A stretch of 64,000 nt of DNA from Chlamydiota bacterium (GTDB lineage: Bacteria; Chlamydiota; Chlamydiia; Chlamydiales; JABDDJ01), in assembly GCA_013287645.1 (NCBI GenBank), contig JABDDJ010000006.1:1441-65440 (forward strand), given 5' to 3'. Below are positions 36,025-46,801 of this stretch, one piece after another. The notes beneath the pieces are model-generated. The model ran no database searches and was not told the origin of the DNA. It saw only the letters and a program-made list of their open reading frames with translations. Numbering within the stretch: the first letter of the stretch is position 1; the number at the start of each line of letters is the position of its first letter. The translations under genes and the position numbers were made by a program.

Positions 36025-37599
36025 ATGAAACTATTAAGGTACCTGTTACCGCTAGTAGTTGCTGTAGGTATTTCTTCTACGGCCTATGCCCAGCATAAAC
36101 ATGAAACAAGATATGAAGAAGAACTCAATGAGCGCGACTTCGATGCCCTTCGCCAATTTGTCAATTCTAAACGCACTCTAGATCTGCAAGACAAATCTAG
36201 CAACTTGACCATCAGTGGTGACGTTCGTACCGAATGGCGCAATCTATCCGAAAAAGCATGCCACACAAGCGTTATAGCAAATCGCTATGTTACTGATGAT
36301 AAAGGCATTCTCTATGGACGTAATGACTTTGATATCGAATTTAACCTACGCCTTGACTATATCTGTGATAATGCCTGGGCAGTTGCTCATGTGCTTTTTG
36401 ATAACTCCGCCGGGGTTGACTTTGGGCGCTGTCACGGTCATAAACCCGAAAAAAAGAATGTGTGCAAATTAAAAGCAGGCGAAGTACCTCACCATCACCA
36501 TCATCATCACAACGAAGCGATCATTAGTCCAGCTGATGAGAAAGAAGCGGTTCATGATACGATCCTCGTCATTGGAGGCTCTCCAGCAGACGGCTCTATT
36601 TTAGGATGCACAAGTAAGGTAGAAGAAGATCCAAACGGCTGGCAAGGAAGCGGTTCGCGCAACGAAGTTAATCTCCGCAAAGCCTACATCGGGATGAACC
36701 TGTATGAGAGTGATTGTGCTCGATTAGATGTTGAATTAGGCCGTCGTAATCTCTACAACGTATTTGATTCAAAAGTTCAATTCCTTAGCCGATTTGATGG
36801 ACTCTTATTTAAATATACAGATACTTGCGTCTGCTGCATGTGCGACTACTATATCTACTTGGCTGGATTTGTTGTCGATGAGCGCGTTAATCATTTTGCC
36901 TGGGTAACAGAAATTGGTCTCGAAGACGTTTGCGAAATGTGTCTCGACCTTAAATTCTCTTTCATTGACTGGAATAAAAACGGAAGAAACCGCTGCAACA
37001 AGCGCGACCCAGCAGCATTTAGATTCCGAAACACACAGTTCACTGCAATTTGGCACTTCAATCCTCAGTACATTAATACTGATGCAAAAATCTATGGTGC
37101 GATTATCACTAACCATGATGCTGCAGAGATACATTATGAAGGCTTTAATCACTTTGATCATGAATGCAAGCCTAAGTGCTTCCCACCGAAAAACCAACAG
37201 GTTGTAGTCACAGGTCCCGATGGAGAAATAATACCTCAGTGCTGCTTCAGAAAGAATCTGGGTTATCAACGCAATGCTTGGTATATCGGCTTTACACTGG
37301 GTAAAGTATGTGAGCAAGGCGATTGGGCTTTTGATTTCCAATATCAATGGGTTGAAGCAAACTCGATCCCAGATCGCGATGTTTCAGGAATCGGCCGTGG
37401 TAACTTCCAAGGTCAATCTTTGACAGCTGAGGGTCGTGGAAACGCCAACTATAAGGGTGTTAGTGCCGAGTTTCTCTATGCGGTTACTGACAATCTGTCG
37501 CTTGACACCATATGGGAATTCTCCACACAGATCAAAAGAGAGATTGGTGGATTCCATCGCTACGCTAAGTTTGAGTTAGAGGCTATTTACGCATTCTAA
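36025..37599 (+). CDS. cysteine-rich outer-membrane beta-barrel/porin candidate with His7 tract
   Basis: 524 aa. Signal peptide MKLLRYLLPLVVAVGISSTAYA, HHHHHHH at ~36490-36510, Cys clusters (CVCCMCDYY) and a C-terminal aromatic signature ELEAIYAF. Confidence 0.65.
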   Translation: MKLLRYLLPLVVAVGISSTAYAQHKHETRYEEELNERDFDALRQFVNSKRTLDLQDKSSNLTISGDVRTEWRNLSEKACHTSVIANRYVTDDKGILYGRNDFDIEFNLRLDYICDNAWAVAHVLFDNSAGVDFGRCHGHKPEKKNVCKLKAGEVPHHHHHHHNEAIISPADEKEAVHDTILVIGGSPADGSILGCTSKVEEDPNGWQGSGSRNEVNLRKAYIGMNLYESDCARLDVELGRRNLYNVFDSKVQFLSRFDGLLFKYTDTCVCCMCDYYIYLAGFVVDERVNHFAWVTEIGLEDVCEMCLDLKFSFIDWNKNGRNRCNKRDPAAFRFRNTQFTAIWHFNPQYINTDAKIYGAIITNHDAAEIHYEGFNHFDHECKPKCFPPKNQQVVVTGPDGEIIPQCCFRKNLGYQRNAWYIGFTLGKVCEQGDWAFDFQYQWVEANSIPDRDVSGIGRGNFQGQSLTAEGRGNANYKGVSAEFLYAVTDNLSLDTIWEFSTQIKREIGGFHRYAKFELEAIYAF

Positions 37600-37609
37600 A
37601 CGCGCTTTA

Positions 37610-37641
37610 CCACAGAGCTCTCTCTTTAGAGAGTTCTGTGG
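37610..37641 (+). terminator. intrinsic terminator after the porin-like gene
   Basis: 14-bp stem ccacagagctctct / agagagttctgtgg (one G-U pair) with a 4-nt loop, followed by ATTTTCT. Confidence 0.55.
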
Positions 37642-37650
37642 ATTTTCTGG

Positions 37651-40600
37651 ATGGATATGGATGAGGTCTATAGCAATCGCGTAGAGGTGTTGTACGAGCA
37701 GTTGGTGAATCAGCTCTTCTTTAGCGAAAGACAAAAACCTTTTTCACGGCGGCTAGTATTAGTTGCCAGTCCAGCAATGCGTTCTTGGTTACAGCTGCGA
37801 ATGGCCTATGATCAACGGTTAGGCATTGCTGCAGGAATGGAAATGGGGTTTGTCGAGCAGACCTTAATTTCATTAGCTAATAATTCTGATAAGTTAATTC
37901 CATCAATTCCTACACTTTCATTAGCGGTCGAGGTAACACTTAAAAAAATCCTTGATAAGGATGCACCTTATTTAGAGCCTTTAAAAAAGTGGGTGGGTGA
38001 TTCTAAAAATCCTCAAAAACAGATCAGAATCATAGGTCGTGAACTAGCGCAGCTGTTTCAACGTTATGGCACTTATGGAGATAAGTTAATTCAAGAATGG
38101 ACTCAGAAAGAGCCAGACCATTGGCAGGCATTGCTTTGGCGAGAACTATTTGATTCTGCCAAATGGAGTTATCCAGCTCAGTTACTCAAAGATGCCAGAG
38201 TTCCGTTATTGGACAGTATTCATCTGTTTGCTGTTAGTTTTGTTCCCAAGTGTTATCTGGAATATTTAAAGCGAATATCGGAGACGATCTCTGTTTCATT
38301 TTATCTTCTGTCTCCTTGCCGGGCTTTTTGGACAGATATTTTAAGCGAGAAGCATCAGCACTATCTTTTGAAAAAACTTGAAGAGAGCCGCGTATCTATA
38401 TCTCAGCAATTTGCATTAGAAGATCTTTTGCTGGATACAAATCCTCTTTTGGCTAATTTTGGACGGTTAGGCAGAGAAATGGCTGAGCAGTTTGAAGACG
38501 ATGTGATTCATCCAACTCAACAGTATGTGATTTCGGTAGGTTGTATGCATCATCCTCAGTATCAAGATCTTACTGATTACACGATGCAAAATGATCTCTC
38601 TAATACTCATTTAACGCTCCTTCATGCAGTTCAAGCGGATATGGCTTTGCTTAGAACGCCTTCTGAAGAACAAAGAATTGAAATAGAAGTCGCTGACCGA
38701 TCTATTCAAGTCCATGCAGTGCCTTCAAGATGGCGTGAAATAGAGGTATTGTACAATCTACTTGTCGATGCTATCCAGCAGTCTCATAACAGTTCTGATC
38801 CACTTACTCCCGGCGATATTGTCGTCATGGCTCCTGATATTTCTGCTTATGTCTCCTATGTACGCGCTGTTTTTGAACGTGAAGGAAGTCTTTTGCCTAT
38901 TCGAGTGATGGATTTGCATCTGCCTTCTCAAAGTCCCTATATCAAAGCATTTTTGATTCTGATTTCTCTGGGGAAAGGAGACTGGGAAAATCGTGTGATT
39001 CTTGAATTGCTAGATAGTTTTCCATTTTTAAGAAAGCAGTGTTGGAGCCGAGAAGATGCAGCAGTTTTGCGTCGCTGGACAACTCAGACAAGTGTACGTT
39101 GGGGTTTCGATCCAGTTCATCGAGATAAAATCTTACAGGCTAATCACTGTGTAAAGGAGATGATTGATCGCACCGCATCAGGAACATGGCAATCCTCATT
39201 ACAGCAACTATGTGAAAGTTTAATGCAGTCTCCCGAAGAAAAATCGCTTCTTGTAGAGATGGCCGATTCGCCCCTTTTGGGTACTTGGTGGCTATTTTTG
39301 AACAAGCTGTATAACTGTCTTCAACCCATCATCAATGGAGAGCAGCGAACTATAAAAGAATGGGTCGTCTTTTTGCGAACGTTATGTGAAGAGTATTTGG
39401 ATCATGATACTGATAATGATAGTGCAGCTGATTATAAATCCCTTTTAAGGATATTACAGGAGATCAATAGCTCTACACAACATCTCTCAGAAAGTATTCT
39501 GCCTTTTGAATCTATTTCAAAACACATTGAAGAAGCACTCGATAGAGTTCATGTCTCTTATAAAGAAGGAAACTTGCAAGCTGTGCGCTTTTGTTCGATG
39601 CTTCCGATGCGAGCTGTGCCCGCAAAAATCATCGCTATGGTAGGCATGGAGAACGACTCTTTTCCAAAACGCGGACAAGATACAACAGCGTTCGATCTTC
39701 TAAAAACTTCTGACAAAGCCGATTATTGCCCCAGACAGACAGACTTTGACCGTTATCTCTTTTTAGAGACGGTGCTCTCTGCTAGACAAAGTTTACTTTT
39801 GCTCTTTCCAGGCAGATGGAAACATACAGCACATTCATCAGAGAGTTTACCGTCACCCCTTATTGAAGAATTAATACACTATCTCGATAGAAGTTATACT
39901 TTAGGAGGAAAATTACCTTCAGAATTAATTGTTAAAGAGCATCTATTAGCAGGCTATCATCTGAAAGATGTTTCCTACTTTGCAGAGCATTATAGATGGG
40001 CAAACGCCAAGTATAACTTACCCAGAAAAGAACATGAGCCCCTTTTAGGGAATTTTGTTCCAAATCATTCTTCAAATTGTTTAGGTAATCACGTAACATT
40101 GGAAGCCTTACAATCCTTGGCTAGAAATCCACTTAAAGATTACTTTAAACATGTTTTGAAGACCCATCCCGATATTATTCATAATAAGCATCAATATTTA
40201 GAAGAGACCTTTGACCTAAAACCACGTGACCAAGGGTTGCTTAGAAGTCATCTGCTCAAAAGGCCATTTGATCAGATTATGATGGAGGCATTACACTCGG
40301 GAAAAATGCCCTTTTCACCTCTTAAAGAGATGTTTGAGTATCGTCTACAAAATGAAGATCAAAAATTTAAGCGGCAGTTCCAAGAAATTGGAATAACTCC
40401 TCAAAGTTTTTTTACACTTCAGTTTTCAGAACATTTTAGAGAGCCAAAAAAGACAGAGGAGGGGAATTGGAGCCTACCCCCGCTTAAAATAGGAACATGG
40501 TGCATTGAAGGAGAGCTCTCTTTAGTGACTTCTCAGGGCCTCATCGTCTATGCTCAAAATCAATGGGATAAATTAATCAAGTCATGGCCAGCTTACTTAG

Positions 40601-40986
40601 TCTTTTTAACAGCAATCGAGCAGTACAAGCTACCGATTTTAAATAATTTATTACCAATACACTCCACTTCTGACACTATCTGCATTCATGAAGCCTTTTT
40701 AGATAGTCCAACATCTCAACTAGAAAACTATTTACTCTACTATTCTCAAACACGACAAACACCTTCTCCGCTTATTCCTGAATGGGTCAATGCCATCATG
40801 GAAGGCAATGTGGAAAGACTTCAAAAACTATTCGATAGTGAAGAAAATCAATTTTCTTTTTCTGATGAAACCGTATCCTGGCTCTATCGAAGCGCCCAAT
40901 TACCCGACCCATACCATTTAATTAGTCACTGGCAACCTACTGCACAATTGCTCTACGAATCACTCAAAACTGCTATTGTTTTATGA
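37651..40986 (+). CDS. recC: exodeoxyribonuclease V gamma subunit (RecC)
   Basis: 1111 aa. The N-terminus VYSNRVEVLYEQL...VLVASPAMRSWLQLRMA..LGIAAG parallels E. coli RecC (YHSNRLDVL...ILVQSTGMAQWLQMTL..FGIAAN). Its stop overlaps the recB start (ATGA). Confidence 0.85.
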   Translation: MDMDEVYSNRVEVLYEQLVNQLFFSERQKPFSRRLVLVASPAMRSWLQLRMAYDQRLGIAAGMEMGFVEQTLISLANNSDKLIPSIPTLSLAVEVTLKKILDKDAPYLEPLKKWVGDSKNPQKQIRIIGRELAQLFQRYGTYGDKLIQEWTQKEPDHWQALLWRELFDSAKWSYPAQLLKDARVPLLDSIHLFAVSFVPKCYLEYLKRISETISVSFYLLSPCRAFWTDILSEKHQHYLLKKLEESRVSISQQFALEDLLLDTNPLLANFGRLGREMAEQFEDDVIHPTQQYVISVGCMHHPQYQDLTDYTMQNDLSNTHLTLLHAVQADMALLRTPSEEQRIEIEVADRSIQVHAVPSRWREIEVLYNLLVDAIQQSHNSSDPLTPGDIVVMAPDISAYVSYVRAVFEREGSLLPIRVMDLHLPSQSPYIKAFLILISLGKGDWENRVILELLDSFPFLRKQCWSREDAAVLRRWTTQTSVRWGFDPVHRDKILQANHCVKEMIDRTASGTWQSSLQQLCESLMQSPEEKSLLVEMADSPLLGTWWLFLNKLYNCLQPIINGEQRTIKEWVVFLRTLCEEYLDHDTDNDSAADYKSLLRILQEINSSTQHLSESILPFESISKHIEEALDRVHVSYKEGNLQAVRFCSMLPMRAVPAKIIAMVGMENDSFPKRGQDTTAFDLLKTSDKADYCPRQTDFDRYLFLETVLSARQSLLLLFPGRWKHTAHSSESLPSPLIEELIHYLDRSYTLGGKLPSELIVKEHLLAGYHLKDVSYFAEHYRWANAKYNLPRKEHEPLLGNFVPNHSSNCLGNHVTLEALQSLARNPLKDYFKHVLKTHPDIIHNKHQYLEETFDLKPRDQGLLRSHLLKRPFDQIMMEALHSGKMPFSPLKEMFEYRLQNEDQKFKRQFQEIGITPQSFFTLQFSEHFREPKKTEEGNWSLPPLKIGTWCIEGELSLVTSQGLIVYAQNQWDKLIKSWPAYLVFLTAIEQYKLPILNNLLPIHSTSDTICIHEAFLDSPTSQLENYLLYYSQTRQTPSPLIPEWVNAIMEGNVERLQKLFDSEENQFSFSDETVSWLYRSAQLPDPYHLISHWQPTAQLLYESLKTAIVL

Positions 40987-43900
40987 TAAGCTCATTCGAA
41001 GTCCTATCACGCAACCAGAAGCTAAAGGGCCACCAGCTATTAGAAGCCTCTGCAGGTACAGGTAAAACATTTGCGATCGAAAATTATGTTGTGCGCAGCT
41101 TATTAGAGACAGAGGAGCAGCTAGATCAAATCCTCGTCCTTACCTTTACTAAAGCAGCAGCAAGCGACCTTCAATCTCGCATACGCAATTGCATCGCACA
41201 AACCTCTGCACTGCTATCTAGCAAAAAGAATCCTCCTGACTACCTTAAAGCAATCCTCGAAAAAGATGAAGTAGCTGTCCGTTTAGCTCAGAGATACTTA
41301 CGCCGAGCTCTCTTCTCTTTTGAAAATGCACAAATTTTCACTTTTCACGGATTTTGTCATAAAATTCTTTCCGAATTATCCTTTCTCGATACAAAACAGA
41401 GCCTTTTATCCCGTACAGACATTCGAAGGTCTGTTTTGGACTTTTTCCGGACTGAACTAGACGCCTCATACATGCACCCAGCAGAACTCAACTGCTTATG
41501 GAGAGATAAAAAAACTACTGAAAAAGTCATCGAGGCTCTAGAAGCCCTAATTACCAACGGGACAAACCTTGCCGAATTACCCTCATTCAAAGAAGGCGCC
41601 CAACATTTTTGTAACGTAATCACAGAATGGCAAGAAAGCACACCTTTCACTTCTCACCATGTTTTAAATGATTTTTTAACTCTAGCAAAAAATTATAACA
41701 AAATTTTTGATCGCAACAACCAGCTAAAACCTCACTTTTCTCACTCCATGGGCCGGTTTTCAAGGATGCTAGAACAAGAACCTTCAGCTCAACAATTCGT
41801 ACAAATCATTGAAGATGGCCTTGTCTGGACTGATGCTTTAAATGAGGAGAACTTACGAAAGAAGGCTTCACCCTTAGACACCTCACAACTACTCTACCCC
41901 AATCTAGATGAGCGCGTGCGTCAGGAATTAGCTCCACGCCTATCTCACCATAATGAACCAGCCTATCTTCTGGTCCGTCTTGCAGTCGGAGCGCGTAAGC
42001 TACTTTCTCGCTATGCCGAAGCTGAGCATCGATTTACTCACGACGATCTTTTACGCAAGATGGAAAAAACAGTAGAAGATCCACATATAGCACAACAACT
42101 TCGTGAAAAATACCGCATCGTTATTGTGGATGAGTTCCAAGATACTGACCCCATCCAATGGAATATCCTAAACAAATTATTTTTAGATAGACCTCTGAAT
42201 TGGGATGGCCGTGTTGTCTTGGTAGGTGATCCTAAGCAGTCGATTTATGCCTTTCGGCAAGCTGATATCTACACCTATCTAGATGCTGCACAAACACTGG
42301 GACAAGAGTCTGCAGCTACTTTAGATACCAATTTTAGATCTCATCCAAAGCTTGTAGATGGATTAAATAAATTATTTTGCAGTGGCCTCACTCCTTCGTT
42401 AATCTCACTTCCAGCAGCTGATACATCCATCCCATGCCATCCAGTCAAAGCAGGTCTGCATGATACAGAGCTATCGTTGCTGCCTACACAAGAAGTAGGC
42501 ATCGATGTCATTGCCTCAGCCATACCCAAAAAGAAAAAGAAAATTCTTCCTGAAGAAGAAGTGTTCCCTTTCATTGCGCATGAAATACATCGCCTTTGCA
42601 AAGAATACTCTGTGAGCCCAAATCACTGTGCCATTCTCGTCAATGACCGCTATCAAGGAGAACGCTTAGCCAAAGTACTCAAAGAATGGAATATTCCCTA
42701 TAACCTTCACCGCTCTCACTCCTTAACTAAATCAGCCGCCTTTGAAGCTATCTACGAGCTCCTCGTAGCGATTATTTTCTACCGCGATTTAGCTATTGTT
42801 AAACTAGCATTAGCAGGCGAAATCCTCGGATGGTCCTCTCGACAACTACTCTCTTTAACGGATCAAAATCTCCTAGCTCATGTTCTACAGCTCTTTGCCG
42901 AATGGCATCTAATTCTATCAGAGCAGGGGATTGCCGCCTGTTTTCAAGCTGTAATCAATACTACGTATCAGAATGATCCACGATACACACATGCCGAAAT
43001 CATCCTGATGCGAGAGGAGGGAGAACAGTTCTTTCAGGACATGCTACAGGTGATAGAACTCCTCCTCGAAAACTCTCAACAATCCCTCAACTCTCCTGAA
43101 AAAATTATAGATCTCTTTGATGAACTAGAAGAACTAGAGACCAATGGAGATCCCTCTCTAACTCCTCGAAGCTTTGACAGTAGCCAAGGCGCATCCATCG
43201 TCACTATACACTCCAGCAAAGGACTCGAATACGATATCGTCTTCGCCATCGGTGTTGCTGAACGCTCTAAAGAACCCTCTCAAATCATTGTTAAACATAC
43301 ACCAGAAGGAAGGATTACACTTCCCATTGATGTCAATTCCGAAGAGTACCTCGACCACTGCGCCGAAATCGAAGCGGAAAAAATGCGTCAATTTTATGTC
43401 GCCTCGACACGAGCAAAATACAAACTCTATCTTTTCCTTGCCGCATTCACAGAAAGTATGCCCAAACAACCCACTTTAGGAACAGCCGCACAAATAGAAC
43501 TCTTTTTAAGCCATCTCTCAGGGAATGGAGAAAATATCGAAAACCTCTATAAAGGTATACAAGAACTAAATTTAGATAAGGCTAAAAAATTAATTGAAAA
43601 AATAGATCCCTATCAAGAGTCTATTCGTTATCATGAGTTAAACCCACAGAGCTCACAGAGACCACAGAGTAAAGCAAATTCTCTTTGTGATCTCTCTGGT
43701 TTTATATCTCCACCTCCACCACCCCAATTTAATTTTCCCGCTTTTCATATCTCCTCTTTCACCTCTCTTACCTCACATCTCGAAAAGCCAAAACTACATG
43801 CTTCAACACCACAACATTTAAATGACACACTCATTCAATCTCCTCATACCCTTCCAGCAGGTCCAGAAACTGGAATCATCCTTCACTCTCTTTTTGAAAA

Positions 43901-44405
43901 AATCGACTTTTCAAAAGCCAATGATCAATCGTATCTCGATAGACAACTCATTAAAAGCATTGAAACTTCCAACTTGGCTCAATGGAAAGAAATTCTTTTA
44001 ACAATTGTCTATGCGACCCTCTCAACCAATATAGAAGGTTTCAATCTCACCCAAATAGACCCGCAACTCTCTTTTCGCGAAACAGAATTCCTATACTCCT
44101 CCGAACCCACCCAGCTCATCAAAGGTGTCATCGACCTCTTTTTCAACCATCAAGGCAAATACTATCTCATCGATTGGAAAAGCAACTGGCTCGGACCAGA
44201 TGACTCCTACTATGACTCACACCATATCTCCAAAGCTATGGAAGAGCACAACTACTACCTCCAAGCCAACTTTTATAAAAATGCATTAAAAAAATATACT
44301 TATCTTTTCGATAAACGTCCCTTTGAAGAACACTTCGGAGGCATCTACTACCTATTCTTAAGAGGATTACCCAGTGGAAAAGGCATCTACAAACTACATC
44401 AATAA
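40983..44405 (+). CDS. recB: exodeoxyribonuclease V beta subunit (RecB helicase-nuclease)
   Basis: 1140 aa with SF1 helicase motifs ASAGTGKTF, IVDEFQDTD and TIHSSKGLEYDIVF, plus a C-terminal PD-(D/E)xK nuclease block VIDLFFNHQGKYYLIDWKSN. Confidence 0.9.
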   Translation: MISSFEVLSRNQKLKGHQLLEASAGTGKTFAIENYVVRSLLETEEQLDQILVLTFTKAAASDLQSRIRNCIAQTSALLSSKKNPPDYLKAILEKDEVAVRLAQRYLRRALFSFENAQIFTFHGFCHKILSELSFLDTKQSLLSRTDIRRSVLDFFRTELDASYMHPAELNCLWRDKKTTEKVIEALEALITNGTNLAELPSFKEGAQHFCNVITEWQESTPFTSHHVLNDFLTLAKNYNKIFDRNNQLKPHFSHSMGRFSRMLEQEPSAQQFVQIIEDGLVWTDALNEENLRKKASPLDTSQLLYPNLDERVRQELAPRLSHHNEPAYLLVRLAVGARKLLSRYAEAEHRFTHDDLLRKMEKTVEDPHIAQQLREKYRIVIVDEFQDTDPIQWNILNKLFLDRPLNWDGRVVLVGDPKQSIYAFRQADIYTYLDAAQTLGQESAATLDTNFRSHPKLVDGLNKLFCSGLTPSLISLPAADTSIPCHPVKAGLHDTELSLLPTQEVGIDVIASAIPKKKKKILPEEEVFPFIAHEIHRLCKEYSVSPNHCAILVNDRYQGERLAKVLKEWNIPYNLHRSHSLTKSAAFEAIYELLVAIIFYRDLAIVKLALAGEILGWSSRQLLSLTDQNLLAHVLQLFAEWHLILSEQGIAACFQAVINTTYQNDPRYTHAEIILMREEGEQFFQDMLQVIELLLENSQQSLNSPEKIIDLFDELEELETNGDPSLTPRSFDSSQGASIVTIHSSKGLEYDIVFAIGVAERSKEPSQIIVKHTPEGRITLPIDVNSEEYLDHCAEIEAEKMRQFYVASTRAKYKLYLFLAAFTESMPKQPTLGTAAQIELFLSHLSGNGENIENLYKGIQELNLDKAKKLIEKIDPYQESIRYHELNPQSSQRPQSKANSLCDLSGFISPPPPPQFNFPAFHISSFTSLTSHLEKPKLHASTPQHLNDTLIQSPHTLPAGPETGIILHSLFEKIDFSKANDQSYLDRQLIKSIETSNLAQWKEILLTIVYATLSTNIEGFNLTQIDPQLSFRETEFLYSSEPTQLIKGVIDLFFNHQGKYYLIDWKSNWLGPDDSYYDSHHISKAMEEHNYYLQANFYKNALKKYTYLFDKRPFEEHFGGIYYLFLRGLPSGKGIYKLHQ

Positions 44406-46035
44406 TCTCTGGGAAAATTGGCCGCTCCTCCAACAAGCGCTTTTTCAAGGAACCATCGAGCCAATTGATCTAATTCTCGCTCAAACAATCCTAGGTTCAA
44501 ATTCCGCCGACCTCTATCCCGCTGCCTGCACACTTTGCCACCTCCTCCTAGCTACTCGCGAAGGGCATCTCTGCATTCAAAAATTCAATAATTCCATTTA
44601 TCCCGAACCAACCGAACTACCCTCAAGCCTCATCCTCCAAGGATTTGACCAACTTCTAACATTACCCTCCAATCCCTATATCCACTTTTGGGGACACTCT
44701 CTCTATCTCCAATGCTACTGGCATTACGAAAACTCATGCATCAAACTCTTCCAACAACACGAATCTCTCACTCCAACGCACCATGTAGACGAAGCCCATT
44801 TCGCATCCCTCCTAGCCAAAAACCCCAATCTTCTCCCAGAACAATCCGACGCAATCTGGAAAATCCTCCACCACACCATCACCCTAATCACAGGAGGCCC
44901 AGGCACAGGAAAAACCTACACCGCCGGCTGTCTCATCAAAATCCTCTGGAACTCTCTACAACCCATTCAAAAACAAAATTACCAAATCGCCCTCGCCGCT
45001 CCAACCGGAAAAGCTGCCTCCCATCTACTCCAAAGCATCTCTCGCTTCATCGGCGAAGACTCACTGCCACTCGCTGCAACCACCCTTCACACACTCTTAG
45101 AACTATCACCCTATTCCAAAAAAACTCCCAAACTCACCCAAGACCTTATCCTCGTCGACGAAAGCTCCATGGTTGACATAAAACTAATGGAAACCCTTCT
45201 CAAAGCCCTAAAGCCAGGAGCCAGACTCATCCTTCTCGGAGACCATCGCCAACTCCCACCTGTTGAACCTGGTGCCCCCTTTTTCGACCTCATCAATTTC
45301 CGCTCACAATCCTCCAAACCCTCTCAACAGCCTGCTTTCTTAAAAAAATGTTTAAGGGCCGAACTCCAAGAAATCATTCACTTCGCCGATGCCATCAATC
45401 AAGGAGACGAAATCTCTATCCTTAAAATGCTCCAATCATCCAACTCTCCCATTAACGGAAAAATCCTTCCTCCAACCGAACAGTACAATTCTACCATCGA
45501 ACAACTCGCCCACAAATTTCCAATCCTCACTCAACCTGATTCTTCAGCATTAAAATCTTTTCGCATTCTAACTCCCTTACGAAGAGGACTTTGGGGAGTC
45601 GAACACATCAACCGACATATCCATTCCCATTTCCTCAAACGCGTTCCTCATGGAACCACACCCCTCATTCCTATCCTCCTTGTCGCCAATGACCACCTCC
45701 TCAAACTCTATAATGGCGAAATGGGGTTCCTCAAAGGAAATCAAGCCTACTTCCCCACGACAGAAAACGCTTGGCGCACCGTCCCAGCCGCAATACTTCC
45801 ACGCTACCAATATGGCTACTGCCTCTCCGTCCACAAAAGCCAAGGTAGCGAATTTGACCATATCACCGTCCTTCTCCCACCAGGATCCGAAACCCTAGGT
45901 CGAGCCGTCCTTTATACAGCCGTAACACGCGCTCGCCATTCCGTCGAATTATGGTACGAACCCAGCACTCTCACCCAGACCATAAAAAAAGAATACCCAC
46001 GACTTTCCAATTTTTCAGAAAAAATGTATCAATAA
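44374..46035 (+). CDS. recD: exodeoxyribonuclease V alpha subunit (RecD)
   Basis: 553 aa with ITGGPGTGKTY, LILVDESSMVD, LGDHRQLPPV and SVHKSQGSEFD. It overlaps recB by 32 nt. Confidence 0.9.
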   Translation: MEKASTNYINNLWENWPLLQQALFQGTIEPIDLILAQTILGSNSADLYPAACTLCHLLLATREGHLCIQKFNNSIYPEPTELPSSLILQGFDQLLTLPSNPYIHFWGHSLYLQCYWHYENSCIKLFQQHESLTPTHHVDEAHFASLLAKNPNLLPEQSDAIWKILHHTITLITGGPGTGKTYTAGCLIKILWNSLQPIQKQNYQIALAAPTGKAASHLLQSISRFIGEDSLPLAATTLHTLLELSPYSKKTPKLTQDLILVDESSMVDIKLMETLLKALKPGARLILLGDHRQLPPVEPGAPFFDLINFRSQSSKPSQQPAFLKKCLRAELQEIIHFADAINQGDEISILKMLQSSNSPINGKILPPTEQYNSTIEQLAHKFPILTQPDSSALKSFRILTPLRRGLWGVEHINRHIHSHFLKRVPHGTTPLIPILLVANDHLLKLYNGEMGFLKGNQAYFPTTENAWRTVPAAILPRYQYGYCLSVHKSQGSEFDHITVLLPPGSETLGRAVLYTAVTRARHSVELWYEPSTLTQTIKKEYPRLSNFSEKMYQ

Positions 46036-46039
46036 AGAC

Positions 46040-46786
46040 ATGAAAGGAAAATTTAAAATTGTCGTCCCCTCCTTCAATAGCGTGGAGTATCTACCCAAAA
46101 CCCTCCGCTCCATTGAAAGCCAAATCAACAAAAACTTTGACGTCTGCGTTATCGACGACTACTCCTCACTCAAACAACAACGCAGTATCATCTTAGATTT
46201 TTGCCAAAGAAACCATTGGAAATATATCTTCCATGACACCAATGTCGGAGCCCTTGCCAGCATCGTCGAAGGCATCCAACACCTCCAATGCAAAGATGAC
46301 GACGTCATCGTCATGCTCGATGGAGATGATTGGCTCTACGACTCTCACGTCCTCACCAAACTCGACAAAATCTACACAGAAGAAGACGTCTACCTCACTT
46401 GGGGACAGTTTGAATCCTATCCACCCCATGTCATCAATATCAATTATGCAGAAGACATAGACGACCATATCATCGATGAAAAACTCTACCGCACAATTAC
46501 AGACGTCTTTTGCCACCTCAAAACTTACAAATACCGCCTCTACCGCGAAATTAAAGACAAAGACCTACGCGACCAAAATGGAAAATACTTCCTCGTCTCA
46601 TGGGATAAAGCACTCATGTATCCCATGCTCGAAATGGCAGGACACAAAGTCCGCTTCGTCCCAGATACCCTATATGTATACAATATCGATAACCCCCTTA
46701 ACGACTTCAAAGTCAACCGAGAAGAACAGATCGAAGCCACCAACTACATCAAAAACAAAAAACCCTACAAACTCCTCAAACTCTAA
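46040..46786 (+). CDS. family 2 glycosyltransferase
   Basis: 248 aa with KIVVPSFNSVEYLPKTLRSIESQ, VIDDYSS and the DXD-type MLDGDDW. Confidence 0.8.
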   Translation: MKGKFKIVVPSFNSVEYLPKTLRSIESQINKNFDVCVIDDYSSLKQQRSIILDFCQRNHWKYIFHDTNVGALASIVEGIQHLQCKDDDVIVMLDGDDWLYDSHVLTKLDKIYTEEDVYLTWGQFESYPPHVININYAEDIDDHIIDEKLYRTITDVFCHLKTYKYRLYREIKDKDLRDQNGKYFLVSWDKALMYPMLEMAGHKVRFVPDTLYVYNIDNPLNDFKVNREEQIEATNYIKNKKPYKLLKL

Positions 46787-46801
46787 CACTAAGGAATACC
46801 C

